From contig OZ024743.1 in assembly GCA_964016885.1 (NCBI GenBank), positions 85,064,001 to 85,128,000 of the forward strand: a DNA stretch of 64,000 bases, given 5' to 3'. Shown here in pieces: positions 48,801-61,144 of the stretch (positions are counted from its first letter, which is position 1; each line of letters begins with the position of its first letter). The position numbers and the translations under genes were made by a program. The notes under the pieces are model-generated. The model searched no databases. It worked only from the letters and a program-made list of their open reading frames with translations, and had not been told where the DNA came from. The stretch is from Eledone cirrhosa (lineage: Eukaryota).

Positions 48801-49237
48801 GCGAGTGTTAGTGTTAGTGTTAGTATTAGTGAGTGTTAGTGTTTGTGTTAATGTTAGTGTTTGTGAGTTTTAGTGTTAGTGTTATTGGGTGTTAGTGTTA
48901 TCGGGTGTTAGTGTTATCGGGTGTTAGTGTTATCGAGTGTTAGTGTTAGTGATAGTGAGTGTTAGTGTTAGTGTTTATGGTAGTGTTAGTTTTAGTGTCG
49001 TGTTAGTGTTAGTTTCAGAGATAGTTTGCAGATTAGTTTTTGTGTTTGAGTTAGTTTTCAGATTAGTGTTTGTATTAGTTTTCATGTTAGTGCTCAGGTT
49101 AACGTTAGTGTTAAGTTAACTGTTAAGGTATGTGTTAGTGTAAGTGTTAGGGCAAGTGTTATTTTTAGGGTTTGGTTTTAGTTTACAGTTAGGTTTTCTG
49201 CTTTCCAGGAGAAAAAGTTGATTATCTCTAACTTAAG
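45837..49237. mobile_element. Element with subterminal inverted repeats and expanded (GTTAGT/GTTAGCGA/GTTATCGG)n array, long copy
   Basis: ATCAAACTTTTTTCCCTGGA (~45867) and TCCAGGAGAAAAAGTTGAT (~49204); ends homologous to 16170-17228; internal 6-14-bp repeats with ~300-bp higher-order duplications. Confidence 0.6.
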
Positions 49238-49785
49238 TGGTGTGGTATAGTATAGTGTTTGATAGTGTGGTGTGGTGTCGTATAGTGTCTCAGTGTGGTG
49301 TGGTGTTGTATAGTGTCTAAGTGTGGTGTGGTGTATCTTGGCATAGTATAATGTTTCATAGTGTTCTGTGGAGTCGTGTGGTGTTGTATATTGTTGTATA
49401 GTGTAGTATGGTATATTGTTTCATAGTGTGGTGTGGTGTATCATGGTATAGTTTAGTGTTTCAAAGTGTGGTGTGGTGTGGTATGGTATGGTGTTGTATA
49501 TTGTTGTCTAGTGTAGTATGGTATATTGTTTCATAGACTGGTGTGGTGTGGTGTCATATAGTGCTTCGTAGTGTGGTGTGGTGTCGTATGATATGGTATA
49601 GTATAGTGTTTGGCAGTGTGGTGTGTTATTATATAGTGAGGTATAGTATAATGTTTCGTAGTGTGGTGTCGTATAATATGGTATGGTATAGTGTTTGGGA
49701 GTGTGGTGTGGTATAGTATAGTGTGGTATAGTATAGTGTTTTGTAGTGGTGTGGTGTCGTATAATGTGGAGTAATGTGGCATAGT
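49238..49785. repeat. (GTGTG/TAGTG/TATAG)n pentamer-type low-complexity repeat
   Basis: Direct reading; a similar tract follows the short copy at 17229-17378. Confidence 0.85.
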
Positions 49786-50209
49786 TCATTATAATAATAC
49801 AAATAATAATAATAATAGTAATAATAATTGTTCTTCTTGTTCATTTTCTTTGTCTTCTCCCCTTCCATCTAAATACCTACAAAAAAAAGAAAAAGAATGT
49901 AAAACAAATATGTTACCTATCTCTCAGACTTTACGAAGTGCTGTGGAGATAAAGTTAATTTAAAGAGCAGAGTGCTCATGCTCTGTAATTAGTAGCTTAT
50001 AAGCTAAGTAGCTTATAAGCTATTTCATAATTAAAAAACAATGTCAAATATCAACATAATATATACAAATATCTTTGAATGTTAAGTCCACTGTTAACAT
50101 AAAGAGAAAACAGTAATAATGTATCTATAGATACAATGCTAGTCTTTGACTGATATCAGACAATGAACTGCAACCAAGCTGGAGTCTCACATCTATGAAT
50201 TTTAATTGA

Positions 50210-50965
50210 AAGTGACAAACTGACTAATAGACACCTGAGGGCCAGAGATGTGTTTTCACTGCTAAGCTAAGGTGACAGATACTAACAGACTACTGAGGGC
50301 CACAGGTGTGTTTTCACTGCTCAGCTAAGGTGACACTGACTAACATACTGCTGAAGGCCAGACAGAGGTAATTTTCATTGCTCAGTGAAGGTGAGAATAA
50401 CTAACAGGCTGGTGAGGGCTTGATGTGTTTTTACTGCTGAACTGAGGTGACACTGACTAACAGGCTATTGAAGGTCTGATGTATGTTTTTACTGCCCGGT
50501 TACTGTGCCACTGACTAACTGTTTAGAGCAAGAGTTGTGTTTTCACTACTCAGCTAAGGTGATACTGACTAAATGGTTGTTGAGGGCCTGAAGTGCTTAT
50601 TTAAGGTGACACAAACTATCATTCTGATGATGGCATGAAGTGTGGTTTTACTGCTCAGCTAAGGTGACACTGACTAACAGTTTGTTGGATGTTGAGGGTC
50701 AGAAGTTTGTTTTCACAACTCAGCTAAGGTGACACTAACAGATTTCTAAGGACTTGAAGTGTGTTTTTTACTACCCAGCTAATGTGCTACTAACTGTTGA
50801 GGGCCTGAGGTGTGTTTATACTGCTTTGCTATGGTGACAATGACTAAATGATTGTTGAAGACCTGAGATGTTTTTTCATTGCTCAATTAAGGTGACACAA
50901 ACTATCAGTCTGCTGATGGCCTGAGGTGTGTTTTTACTGTGCAGCTAAGGTGACACTGACTAACA
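50210..50965. repeat. Diverged ~58-61-bp minisatellite, ~13 copies
   Basis: Approximate consensus ACTAACAGACTGCTGAGGGCCTGAGGTGTGTTTTCACTGCTCAGCTAAGGTGACACTG; inverted partial copy at 51169-51218. Confidence 0.88.
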
Positions 50966-51218
50966 AACTTTGAGCAATCTAACAGCAACCTGACAAAGGA
51001 AACATATTAAACTTTCACTCCAGAATGAAAATTATTTACAAATTTAGGTTTCCCCTCTATTTTCATTCCATCTTTTTTTTTCAATCATCATTCCCTGATT
51101 CAGATAAAATTGACCTAAACAGCCATTTTAATCTTATAGCAAAATAAAAATAATATATATATATATAATTAGTCAGTGTCACCTTAGCTGAGCAGTAAAA
51201 ACACACTTCATGCCATCA

Positions 51219-51559
51219 TGGAGGCACATGGCTTAGTGGTTAGAGCATTGGCCTGGCAATCAAAATGTTGTGAGTTCAATTCTCAGACCGGGTGATGTGT
51301 TGTTTCCTTGAGCAAGAAACTTTATTTCACATTGCTCCAGTTTACTCAGCTGTAGAAATGAGATGATAGGGACTGGGGTACCTATCATTCCACTGCAAAG
51401 TGGTCGTGGAGGTGCCACGGCAGAAAAGCACCCAGCACTCACTGTAAATGAGGTTGGTGTTAGGAAGGGCATCCAACTGTAGAAATCAAGCCAGAATCAG
51501 TTCCCATCCCACCCTTGCAAGCAGGGAAAAGCGGGCGTAAAAATGATGATGATGATGAT
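51219..51559 (+). mobile_element. tRNA-derived SINE with RTE-type tail
   Basis: A box TGGCTTAGTGG, B box GAGTTCAATTC, body, GTTAGGAAGGGCATCC motif, tail matching the RTE at 37050-37091, (GAT)n end. Confidence 0.88.
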
Positions 51560-52426
51560 ATATATATATATATATATATATTTATATTACATAGTACATA
51601 GCAACAGTAATACCAATTTCTAAAGGACTGATTTACTTAGTCAGTACAAAAACGAAGTGGAAGAATGTATAACAACTTAAAAGAGATGCCATGTGAGCAA
51701 ACATTTATGTGTATATGTACACATATAACACATAAGTGATCCCACCGTTATAAGTTATAAGAGCTTAAAAGTTTGCTGTGATGAATAAAACTCTTAAAAC
51801 AATTTGATCATTTTTACATCAGTTTATGTTGAGTGAAAGAAGACCACGTGTAAAAGTAGAACACACAGTAACTTAAGTATATTTAAAGATGAAAAATAAA
51901 CCTAGAAAAAGGGGGAAGTTAATTGTTGAAACACCCTTTTTTTAAAGATATTAGGAAAGTTGGTCTTTCAAATGGCGAAATTATAACAAATCTATTAAAA
52001 GTACAATGTGAAACATTAAAAAAGACAAATTTTGTGGATTCTTTAAGTGAGTATTATATAGGACTAGCCATATAGTAAACTAATTTTGCTAAGGAAGGTG
52101 ATTAATGTCCCATGCTCCTGTTGTAATTTAAGTATTAATAAACAGCTTTAGTTTGAATTATTAGGTTTTTTGGCACAACTATATTTATTTAGTCATCAAC
52201 TTCTCTCATTGCACAAATAAAATGTGATTCTAACCAAGAATTTATTGTATCATGGAAATAAATAAGAATTTAATGGATATATATATGTTATACCAAATAC
52301 AAAAGTAAACTTGAGTAATAATGTTTAATCAGAGAAGGAAAGGGTTGTGTTCGTGAAATCATATGTATAGGTCATTAAGATCATATTTACAGGTCATTAA
52401 ATCTGAGGTGTAATAATATCTACAGC

Positions 52427-52570
52427 TCATTAAGTTAAGACTGAACTAAGATCATATCTATAAATCATTAGGTTAAGCTTGAACTGAGATCATATCTATA
52501 AATCATTAGGTTAAGACTGAACTGAGATCATATCTATAGGTCATTAGGTTAAGACTGAACTGAGATCATA
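52427..52570. repeat. 38-bp tandem repeat, ~3.8 copies
   Basis: TCATTAGGTTAAGACTGAACTGAGATCATATCTATAAA; diverged relative at ~54292-54420. Confidence 0.88.
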
Positions 52571-52654
52571 CCTTCATTGTCTTCTCCCTTTGTTTTCTTT
52601 GTCTTTGCATTCTTCATTTTGTCATCTCATAATAATAATAATGATAATAATGAA

Positions 52655-53330
52655 ATTATTGTGGACTGTGCTCAGGTGCACTGCAACTCATCAAAGGTAC
52701 ATGTATAGTACAAATGTCAGGAAAGTGAACAGTGGATGAGTCATGATATACATGTGTGTGTGTGTGTATACCAGGTGTAGTGTTGGCGAATTTCAGGAAG
52801 CATGGAGGTTTTAAAGGATGCAGTGTCTTGGTAAGACTAATAACTGTTTCAGGAGTAGTGGTAAAGAATAGATCCAAAGTGTTGTCACCTCTTGTTGGGG
52901 AGGTGACTACTTGGGGCTAGTTCGAGTCCAGCACTAGCTCAAGGAAATCATTTGCACTTTGCGGCCAACGAAAGGTTTCCCAATCAATCTCAGGGTAAAC
53001 AACTCCAAGTAGAAGTGTTGACATGGTCATACATATATCCCAGAAAAATACTTCCTGTTGTAATTGGTTCAAATCAATGCAAGGAATTGCTGAAAAGTTT
53101 GAATGAATGTAGACCATCACACCACCACCACGATGATTAATGCAGTCTTTGCGAAACAAGTTGTAGCCAGCTATGCTGAAAACCCCATCACAGAGTAAGG
53201 AATGTGCCCATGTTTCTCTGACTGCAATGAAATCAGGGTCAATACTTTTGACGTAGGAATCAAAAAGAGGTATCTTGTTGCATAGACTACGGGCATTTAA
53301 GGACAACAATTTTACCCTGATTTCAGTTTA
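52655..53330 (-). mobile_element. CR1-group LINE remnant: endonuclease domain apparently joined to a 3' end
   Basis: LSLNARSLCNK, ETW, YNLFRKD, RGGGVMVY, PEIDW, TLDLFFTT; then a 3'-end-like segment (52655-52853) ending in an (AT/TAA) tail. Confidence 0.7.
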
Positions 53331-53699
53331 TGATTATGTGCAGGGGATGGCAGGTTGTTCTGATTTAGTTTCCCACAGTTTTTTCAGTTTTTTCATTGCC
53401 AGCTATTGAGGGTGCTGTGTGTTCAGACCAGCTGGTATCTCTTTTCCATGTTTCACCAGCCTTAATAAACTTCCATATCTGCCCATCATCACGTAGGCTG
53501 GAACTCTCATGTTGCTGTTCTTTGTTTTCATCGTCTTCTCTGGTTTTGTCGTCTTATTTGTCTTCTTTTTCTTCTCTTCCATCTAAATATAAAAAAATTT
53601 TTTTAACAAATATATACGTAGCTGATCTCTCAGACTTTTGCGAAGCGCTGAGGAGATAAAGTTAATATAAAGAGTGGCGGGCTCATATATATAAAGAGA

Positions 53700-54063
53700 G
53701 AGTGAAAGGAAATTGATGTATGCTGTGCGCAAGAGACTAGATGGAGAGGAGTCTTCTAGAGTCCTTGTAGGCAAAAATCAGTGCTGCCAATTTTTCTGGT
53801 GGGAAAAGACAACGGGTTGAGTGGTGTAGGTATACTATTAGCTGACAAATGGGTAGAAAGTGTAGGCGCCATGGTAAAAAGCACCCAGTACTCACTGTAA
53901 ATGAGGTTGGTTTTAGGAAGGGCATCCAGCTGTCGAAATCAAGGCAAAATCAGTTCTGTATGAGCAAGACATGGTCATCTGACCTGGCATTGCCCACAAC
54001 AGGACAACCCATCTAACCCATGCTAGCGTGGAAGAATGGATGTAAAACAGTGATGATGATGAT
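53700..54063 (+). mobile_element. RTE endonuclease fragment joined to SINE/RTE-type tail
   Basis: IDVCCAQETRWRG and SGVGILLADKWV motifs, then TTAGGAAGGGCATCCAGCTGT...CCCATGCTAGCGTGGAAG...(GAT)n. Confidence 0.65.
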
Positions 54064-54435
54064 ATATATATATATGTGTGTGTGTATGGTGTGGTATGGC
54101 ATGGTGTCATGTAGTGTGGTATGATGTGGTACAGTATGGTGTCATGTAGTGTGGTCTGGTGTGGTACAGCATGGTGTCATGTAGTGTGGTATGATGTGGT
54201 GGTGGGGAAAAAGACATCATTAGATTAATGTTAACAATACACATGTAACATCCACATGTGATGATGAGGAGGAGACAGTGTCCATCTACAGCTCATTAAG
54301 TTAAGATAGAAGTGAAATCATGTCTATAGGTCATTATTAAAATCATATTTATACGTCATTAATTTAAGACTGAGGTGAAATCATATCAAAAGGTCAATTT
54401 AAAACTACACTGAAATCATTATACATATATATAAT

Positions 54436-54481
<46 letters not shown>

Positions 54482-54493
54482 TATATATATATA

Positions 54494-54529
<36 letters not shown>

Positions 54530-54560
54530 TATATATATATATATATAATTATATATATAT

Positions 54561-55152
54561 ATTGTTATACTTTGGGAGGGTCATGTTGCCAATAAGAAAC
54601 ACACGCACCAGTTGTTTCACTTCAATTTATTATATATTTATAAATTTATAAATTTACAAATCTACAAACCTATAAATTTCTGGTTGGTTGGTTGGTTCCA
54701 CAACCAGATAGTTGTTTATATATAGTCATAGTCCTTTCGTCACACACTCTGTGACCTCTTCAGTGACTGGGGATTCCTTTCTTTGTTTCTGTGCCTTTCC
54801 TTTCTTCTATCCTACGCCATTTTTGGCCAAAATGGCGTAGGATAGAAGAAAGGAAAGGCACAGAAACAAAGAAAGGAATCCCCAGTCACTGAAGAGGTCA
54901 CAGAGTGTGTGACGAAAGGACTATGACTATATATAAACAACTATCTGGTTGTGGAACCAACCAACCAACCAGAAATTTATAGGTTTGTAGATTTGTAAAT
55001 TTATAAATTTATAAATATATAATAAATTGAAGTGAAACAACTGGTGCGTGTGTTTCTTATTGGCAACATGACCCTCCCAAAGTATAACAATATCGGTTTC
55101 AACACACGATTTCAGATAAAGAATCTTGCTAAACAAATTCAGAAACGAAATA
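54561..55152. mobile_element. Spacerless inverted pair of PLE pseudo-LTRs (family A), each with a hammerhead
   Basis: Arms mirror about TTTTGG|CCAAAA at 54826/54827; HHRs at 54724-54768 (-) and 54884-54928 (+) with GAAA GGAC UA|UGACU. Confidence 0.92.
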
Positions 55153-55191
55153 TATATATATAATTATATATATATATATACATACATATAC

Positions 55192-55247
<56 letters not shown>

Positions 55248-55250
<3 letters not shown>

Positions 55251-56990
55251 TCACATGTCCATACCAACACAGTCTCTTCTCCTGCACACAGCCTTTGATT
55301 CCTCTTATGCCTAGTTTCTTTCTCAGTTCGTTTATGCTTTGCTGTTCTCGTATATTACACAACCATTGGAGCATGAAGGTTTCATTTCTTTCCAATCTAT
55401 GCAAGTCTTCTGCACATGGTGAACATAGTGCCAATGTCTCAATACCATGCAGCATTGCTGTTCATATGTATGCATCATACAGTCTGCCTTTCATTTTGAG
55501 AGAAAAGCCTTTTGCAACTAATAGTGGTAGTAGCTCCCTGGATTTCTTCTATTCTGTTCTTACTCTGGCTACTGTATTTTCAGAACACCAACCTCTGCTG
55601 CTAATTCGGTCATCTACGTAGCAGAAGCTGTCTACTGTTTCTACCGAGCCCTCCCAGAATATGGTAGTGCTTGTTTCCTGTGGTTATTTGCTGTTTACTG
55701 CCCTGGTGCAACTGCTACATGTAAAGCCTACATTCTTAAATAAACTTCCTGAGATCCCACTACATCTCTTGTGTACCCATTGTTTGCATTTGAGGCAGAG
55801 GATGGAGTTTCTACCTACACCTTTCCTACATAAATGAGATGTACTAGATAGAGGAACCTTTAGAGGTATAAAGCTGTTGGACTAGGTTATGAAAGTAACA
55901 GAAAGCGTTATAGTACAACTGATTAGGGACCAGCTAAATCTAAATATGTAGTTTAGATTTGTGCCAGGTAAAAGCACTACTGATGCTCTCTTCCTTGTGA
56001 AGCAGTTACAGGAAAAGTACCTAGCTGAAAGTAGGCTGCTCTACCTGCTATTTGTTGATCTGGAAAAAGCTTTTGGCAGAGTGTCCCATGCCATAATCTG
56101 GTGGGCTTTTAGAAAAAAGTAGATGAGTGGCTTGTGAAGGCTGTACAAGCCATGTATAGGGGAGCAGTCAGCAAAGTTAGAGTTAGTAATCGCTATAGCG
56201 AGGAATTTAGAATTCAGGTTGGTATCCACCAGGGCTCTGTTCTCAGTCCTCTCCTGTTCATTATTGCATTGCAGGTGATAACAGAGGAATTTAAGATCAG
56301 CAGTCCATTGGAACTTCTGTACATGGATGATCTTACACTCATAGCTGAATCCAGAAGAAATTGCAAACATGGAAACAGGGTCTAGAAACAAAGGGTCTTA
56401 AAGTCAACCTGACAAAGGCTAAGGTAAGTAGAAGAGAAAGCTGAGGCTAGAACCCAACAGCTTTATACCTCTAAAGTTTCCTCTATCTAGAACATCTCAT
56501 TTATTCTTGTAGCAGTTGACAATGATGCTACTGTGCCAATCATTTGGTATGACACTATCTAATATTGGTTTACAATATGTGTGGTTATGGTATGACCTAC
56601 TGACTCAGATATTTCAGCATCTCGGAAACTATTCCTGATGGCCCAGCTGCCTTCCCAGCCTTCATATCCTTAATCGCCTTATTTACTACATTGCTGCTGA
56701 CTTGTACTGCTGGCCCCTCAATGGGGTCCACTTGGGGTAAGATCTCTTTCTTCCATGCATTCTCCTCATTTAGCAATCTTTCATAATGGCTCGTCCATGC
56801 AGTTTTCTTTTTGGCACCTGTGAGGGCAAGTGCACTTTTATCATCCCGGACACACTTCTCACCAATGACATCAAGATTTTCTCTAACACGCTGCCTTGCA
56901 ATCCTGAACACCACCTGTTTCTGATCCTCATGTTGAAAAATATGCTTGAATTTTTATCCTCTGCTTCCATTTTTGCTAAGTATGCTTGTC
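55248..56990 (-). mobile_element. Degenerate RTE LINE with internal inversion
   Basis: Minus: [12 protein letters not shown]...GKAAGPSG (56990-56455) and CRKGVGRNSI...RLCWYGHVM (55830-55248); the RT core at 55831-56440 is on the plus strand. Confidence 0.82.
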
Positions 56991-57262
56991 TATAAATACA
57001 TACATATATATCTATATTACATATAGATATATACATATATACATATATGATGATGATATATACATACATATATATATATATATACATACATATATACATA
57101 TATATACATATATATATATACATATATATATACATATATATATATACATATATACATATATATATATACATATATACATATATATATATACATATATACA
57201 TATATATATATATATACATATATACATATATATATATACATATATATACATATATACATATA

Positions 57263-58957
57263 TTGGAGAAAGCCTTCGACAGAGTCCCCCGTTCCATTAT
57301 CTGGTGGGCTCTTAGAAAACTAGGTGTTGACGAATGGCTTGTGAGAGCTATACAAGCCATGTATAAAGAAACAGTCAGCAAGGTTAGAATTAACAACGAA
57401 TATAGTGAAGAGTTTAGCGTAAAAGTTGGTGTCCATCAGGGCTCTGTTCTTAGCCCCCTACTATTTATTATTGCCCTTCAGGCTATAACAGAGGAGTTCA
57501 AGACCGGCTGCCCATGGGAACTCCTATACGCAGATGATCTAACGCTCATAGCTGAATCAATGGCCGAGCTAGAGAAGAAATTCCAAACATGGAAGCACGG
57601 CCTAGAATCAAAAGGCCTTAAAATTAACCTGGCTAAGACTAAAGTTCTAGTTTGTAGGAAAGAAAATAAGGCGCCGGTCCCCTCCGGGAAATGGCCATGC
57701 TCAGTGTGTAGGAAATGCGTAGGTAGAAACTCCATTTTATGTCCCAAATGCAAAGTATGGGTGCATAAAAGATGTAGTGGGATCACAGGTAAGCTAACTA
57801 AGAACATAGATTTTACATGTGGCCGGTGCTCTGGTGCAATAAGTAGCAGCAAGTGCCCACAAAATACTAGCTCTTTCAATTGCACAGAGGGTCCTATAGA
57901 AATAGTGGACAGCTTCCGTTAACTGGGCGACAAAATCAGCAGTGGGGGAGGGTGCTCTGAAAGTACAGTAGCTAGAGTCAGAACTGGTTGGAAAAAGTTC
58001 AGAGAGCTTATACCACTATTAGCCGCTAAAGGGTTCTCCCTAAGAATGAAAGGCAGGTTGTATGATGCCTGCATACGAACAGCAATGTTGCATGGCAGTG
58101 AGACCTGGGCATTGTGTGCAGAAGATATACGCAGACTAGAGAGGAACGAAGCTTGCATGCTCCGCTGGATGTGTAATAGTAACATACGTGAACGGCAAAG
58201 CATAAGCGAACTAAGGAAAAAATTAGAAATAAGAGGGATCAGATGTTGTTTACTTGAGAGAAGGCTACGTTGGTATGGTCACGTGATGCGCATGAAAGAC
58301 AACAGCTGTATAACAAAGTGCAGGGCAATAAAGATGGACGGTAGCTACGGAGTAGGCAGACCCAGAAAAACCTGGGACGAGCTGATAAATTCTGACCTAA
58401 CACACTTACACCTCTCAAAGACAATGTCACTGGACCGAGACCTTTGGCGGTACTCAGTAATAGAGAAGACCCGCCTTACCTAAATACAAAGTAAAACCTA
58501 CTACAGCCAGTAGGCATCTCTAACAAAATACCCCCCCCCCCCCATCCACACCGCCCCTTCAATGTAAAGTTATGTTGGTGCCACAACATCCAGGCCGAAA
58601 CAAATGAGATCGTGCAGACACAGTCCACGCTGTAATGTGGTCGTGTAGGCAACACGGTAAAAACCTCCCAGCCCCACACTGTAAATGTGGTTGGTGTTAG
58701 GAAGGGCATCCAGCTGTAGAAAACCTGCCAGACAGTCCACGCTGTAATGTGGCCGTGTAGGCAACACGGTAAAAACCTCCCAGCCCCACACTGTAAATGT
58801 GGTTGGTGTTAGGAAGGGCATCCAGCTGTAGAAAACCCGCCAGATAGTCCTATGCGAGCAAGACAATCACTCTTGCCTCAAGTGGGACTACCCCCGTCCA
58901 AACCCATGCAAGCGTGGAACACGGACGTTAAACGTTGATGATGATGATGATGATGAT
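57263..58957 (+). mobile_element. 5'-truncated RTE LINE with long 3' UTR
   Basis: [23 protein letters not shown], Cys-rich insert, in-frame TAA at 57920, [16 protein letters not shown]; 112-bp tandem duplication in the UTR (58621/58733); (GAT)n tail. Confidence 0.93.
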
Positions 58958-58967
58958 ACATATATAC

Positions 58968-59010
<43 letters not shown>

Positions 59011-59106
59011 TACATATATATATACATACATATATATATACATACATATATATATATACATACATATATATATATATATACATACATATATATATACATA
59101 CATATA

Positions 59107-59146
<40 letters not shown>

Positions 59147-59161
59147 CATACATATATATAT

Positions 59162-59254
<93 letters not shown>

Positions 59255-59396
59255 CATATATATATATACATACATATATATATATATATATATACATACA
59301 TACATATATATATACATATATATATATACATACATATATATATATATATATATACATACATATATACATATATATACATACATATATATATATATA

Positions 59397-59449
<53 letters not shown>

Positions 59450-59474
59450 GCATACATATATACATATATATATA

Positions 59475-59510
<36 letters not shown>

Positions 59511-59513
59511 GGT

Positions 59514-60380
59514 AAAGAGAGAGCTTATATCGCTGTTGACCACAAAAGGTTTCTCTCTAAAAAGGAAAGGTAGGCTGTATGATGCCTGCATACGAACAGC
59601 AATGTTACATGGCAGTGAGACCTGGGCATTGTGTGCAGAGGACCTGCGTAGACTGGAAGCATGCATGCTCCGTTGGATGTGTAATAGTAATATACGTGAA
59701 CGGCAAAGCATAAATGAACTAAGTGAGAAATTAGGAATAAGAGGGATCAGATACTGTTTACTTGAGAGAAGACTACGTTGGTATGGTCACGTGATGCGCA
59801 TGAAAGACGACAGCTGTATAAAAAAGTGCAGGGCGATCAAAATTGATGGTAGTTACAGAGTAGGTGGACCCAGAAAAACCTGGGACGATCTGATAAATTC
59901 AGACCTTACACACTTGCACCTCTCTAAGACAATGTCTGTGGACCGAGATCTTTCGCGCTACACAGTTATACAGAAGACCCGCCTTGCCTATGTACAAAGT
60001 GAAACTTACAGTCAGTAGCCATCTGTTAACCAAATATACACCCCACCTCACTCCCACCAACACCACCCCCTCTCTATAAAGTTAGTACCACAACATCCAG
60101 TCCAAATAAATGAGATCGAGATCGTGTAGGTGTCACAAGAAAAAAAAAAACACAGTCCACGCTCTAATGTGGTCGTGTAGGTAACACGGTAAAAAGTTCC
60201 CAGTTCCACACTGTAAATGTGGTTGGTGTTAGGAAGGGCATCCAGCCGTAGAAAACCTGCCTATATGAGCGAGACGCGGTCGCCCGACCAACCTTGCCTC
60301 AAGTGGAACAACTCCCGTCTAACCCATGCTAGCGTGGAAAGTGGACATTAAACGAGGATGATGATGATAATGATGATGAT
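59514..60380 (+). mobile_element. RTE LINE 3' fragment of the same family
   Basis: [27 protein letters not shown]...PRKTW, related 3' UTR, (GAT)n tail. Confidence 0.9.
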
Positions 60381-60614
60381 GCAATATATTACCACAGCAG
60401 AGGTCCAATGAGCTTTTGATTCCAGAGTCGATACAGATCGAACCTTGAGCTGATCAATAGCAAAACGTGCATCACTATCAAACGTAATGAAGTCATTCAT
60501 CCATTTATTAATATATTTACACTCTGCTTAGTTCTACACCTCTTTAAAGACTGTAAACTATGCATCGAGTGCTCACTCAAGTGATCCTACAGTAACTGCA
60601 CGTTATACTCCCTG

Positions 60615-61139
<525 letters not shown>

Positions 61140-61144
61140 TACAA

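Noticed and set aside
46000-49000. True telomere
   Set aside because: Units are GTTAGT/GTTAGCGA variants rather than tandem TTAGGG, and the array is internal and bounded by conserved ends.
50210-50965. Tandem-repeat coding exon or CRISPR-like array
   Set aside because: Unit length varies (about 53-62 bp), stops are frequent and there is no repeat-spacer alternation.
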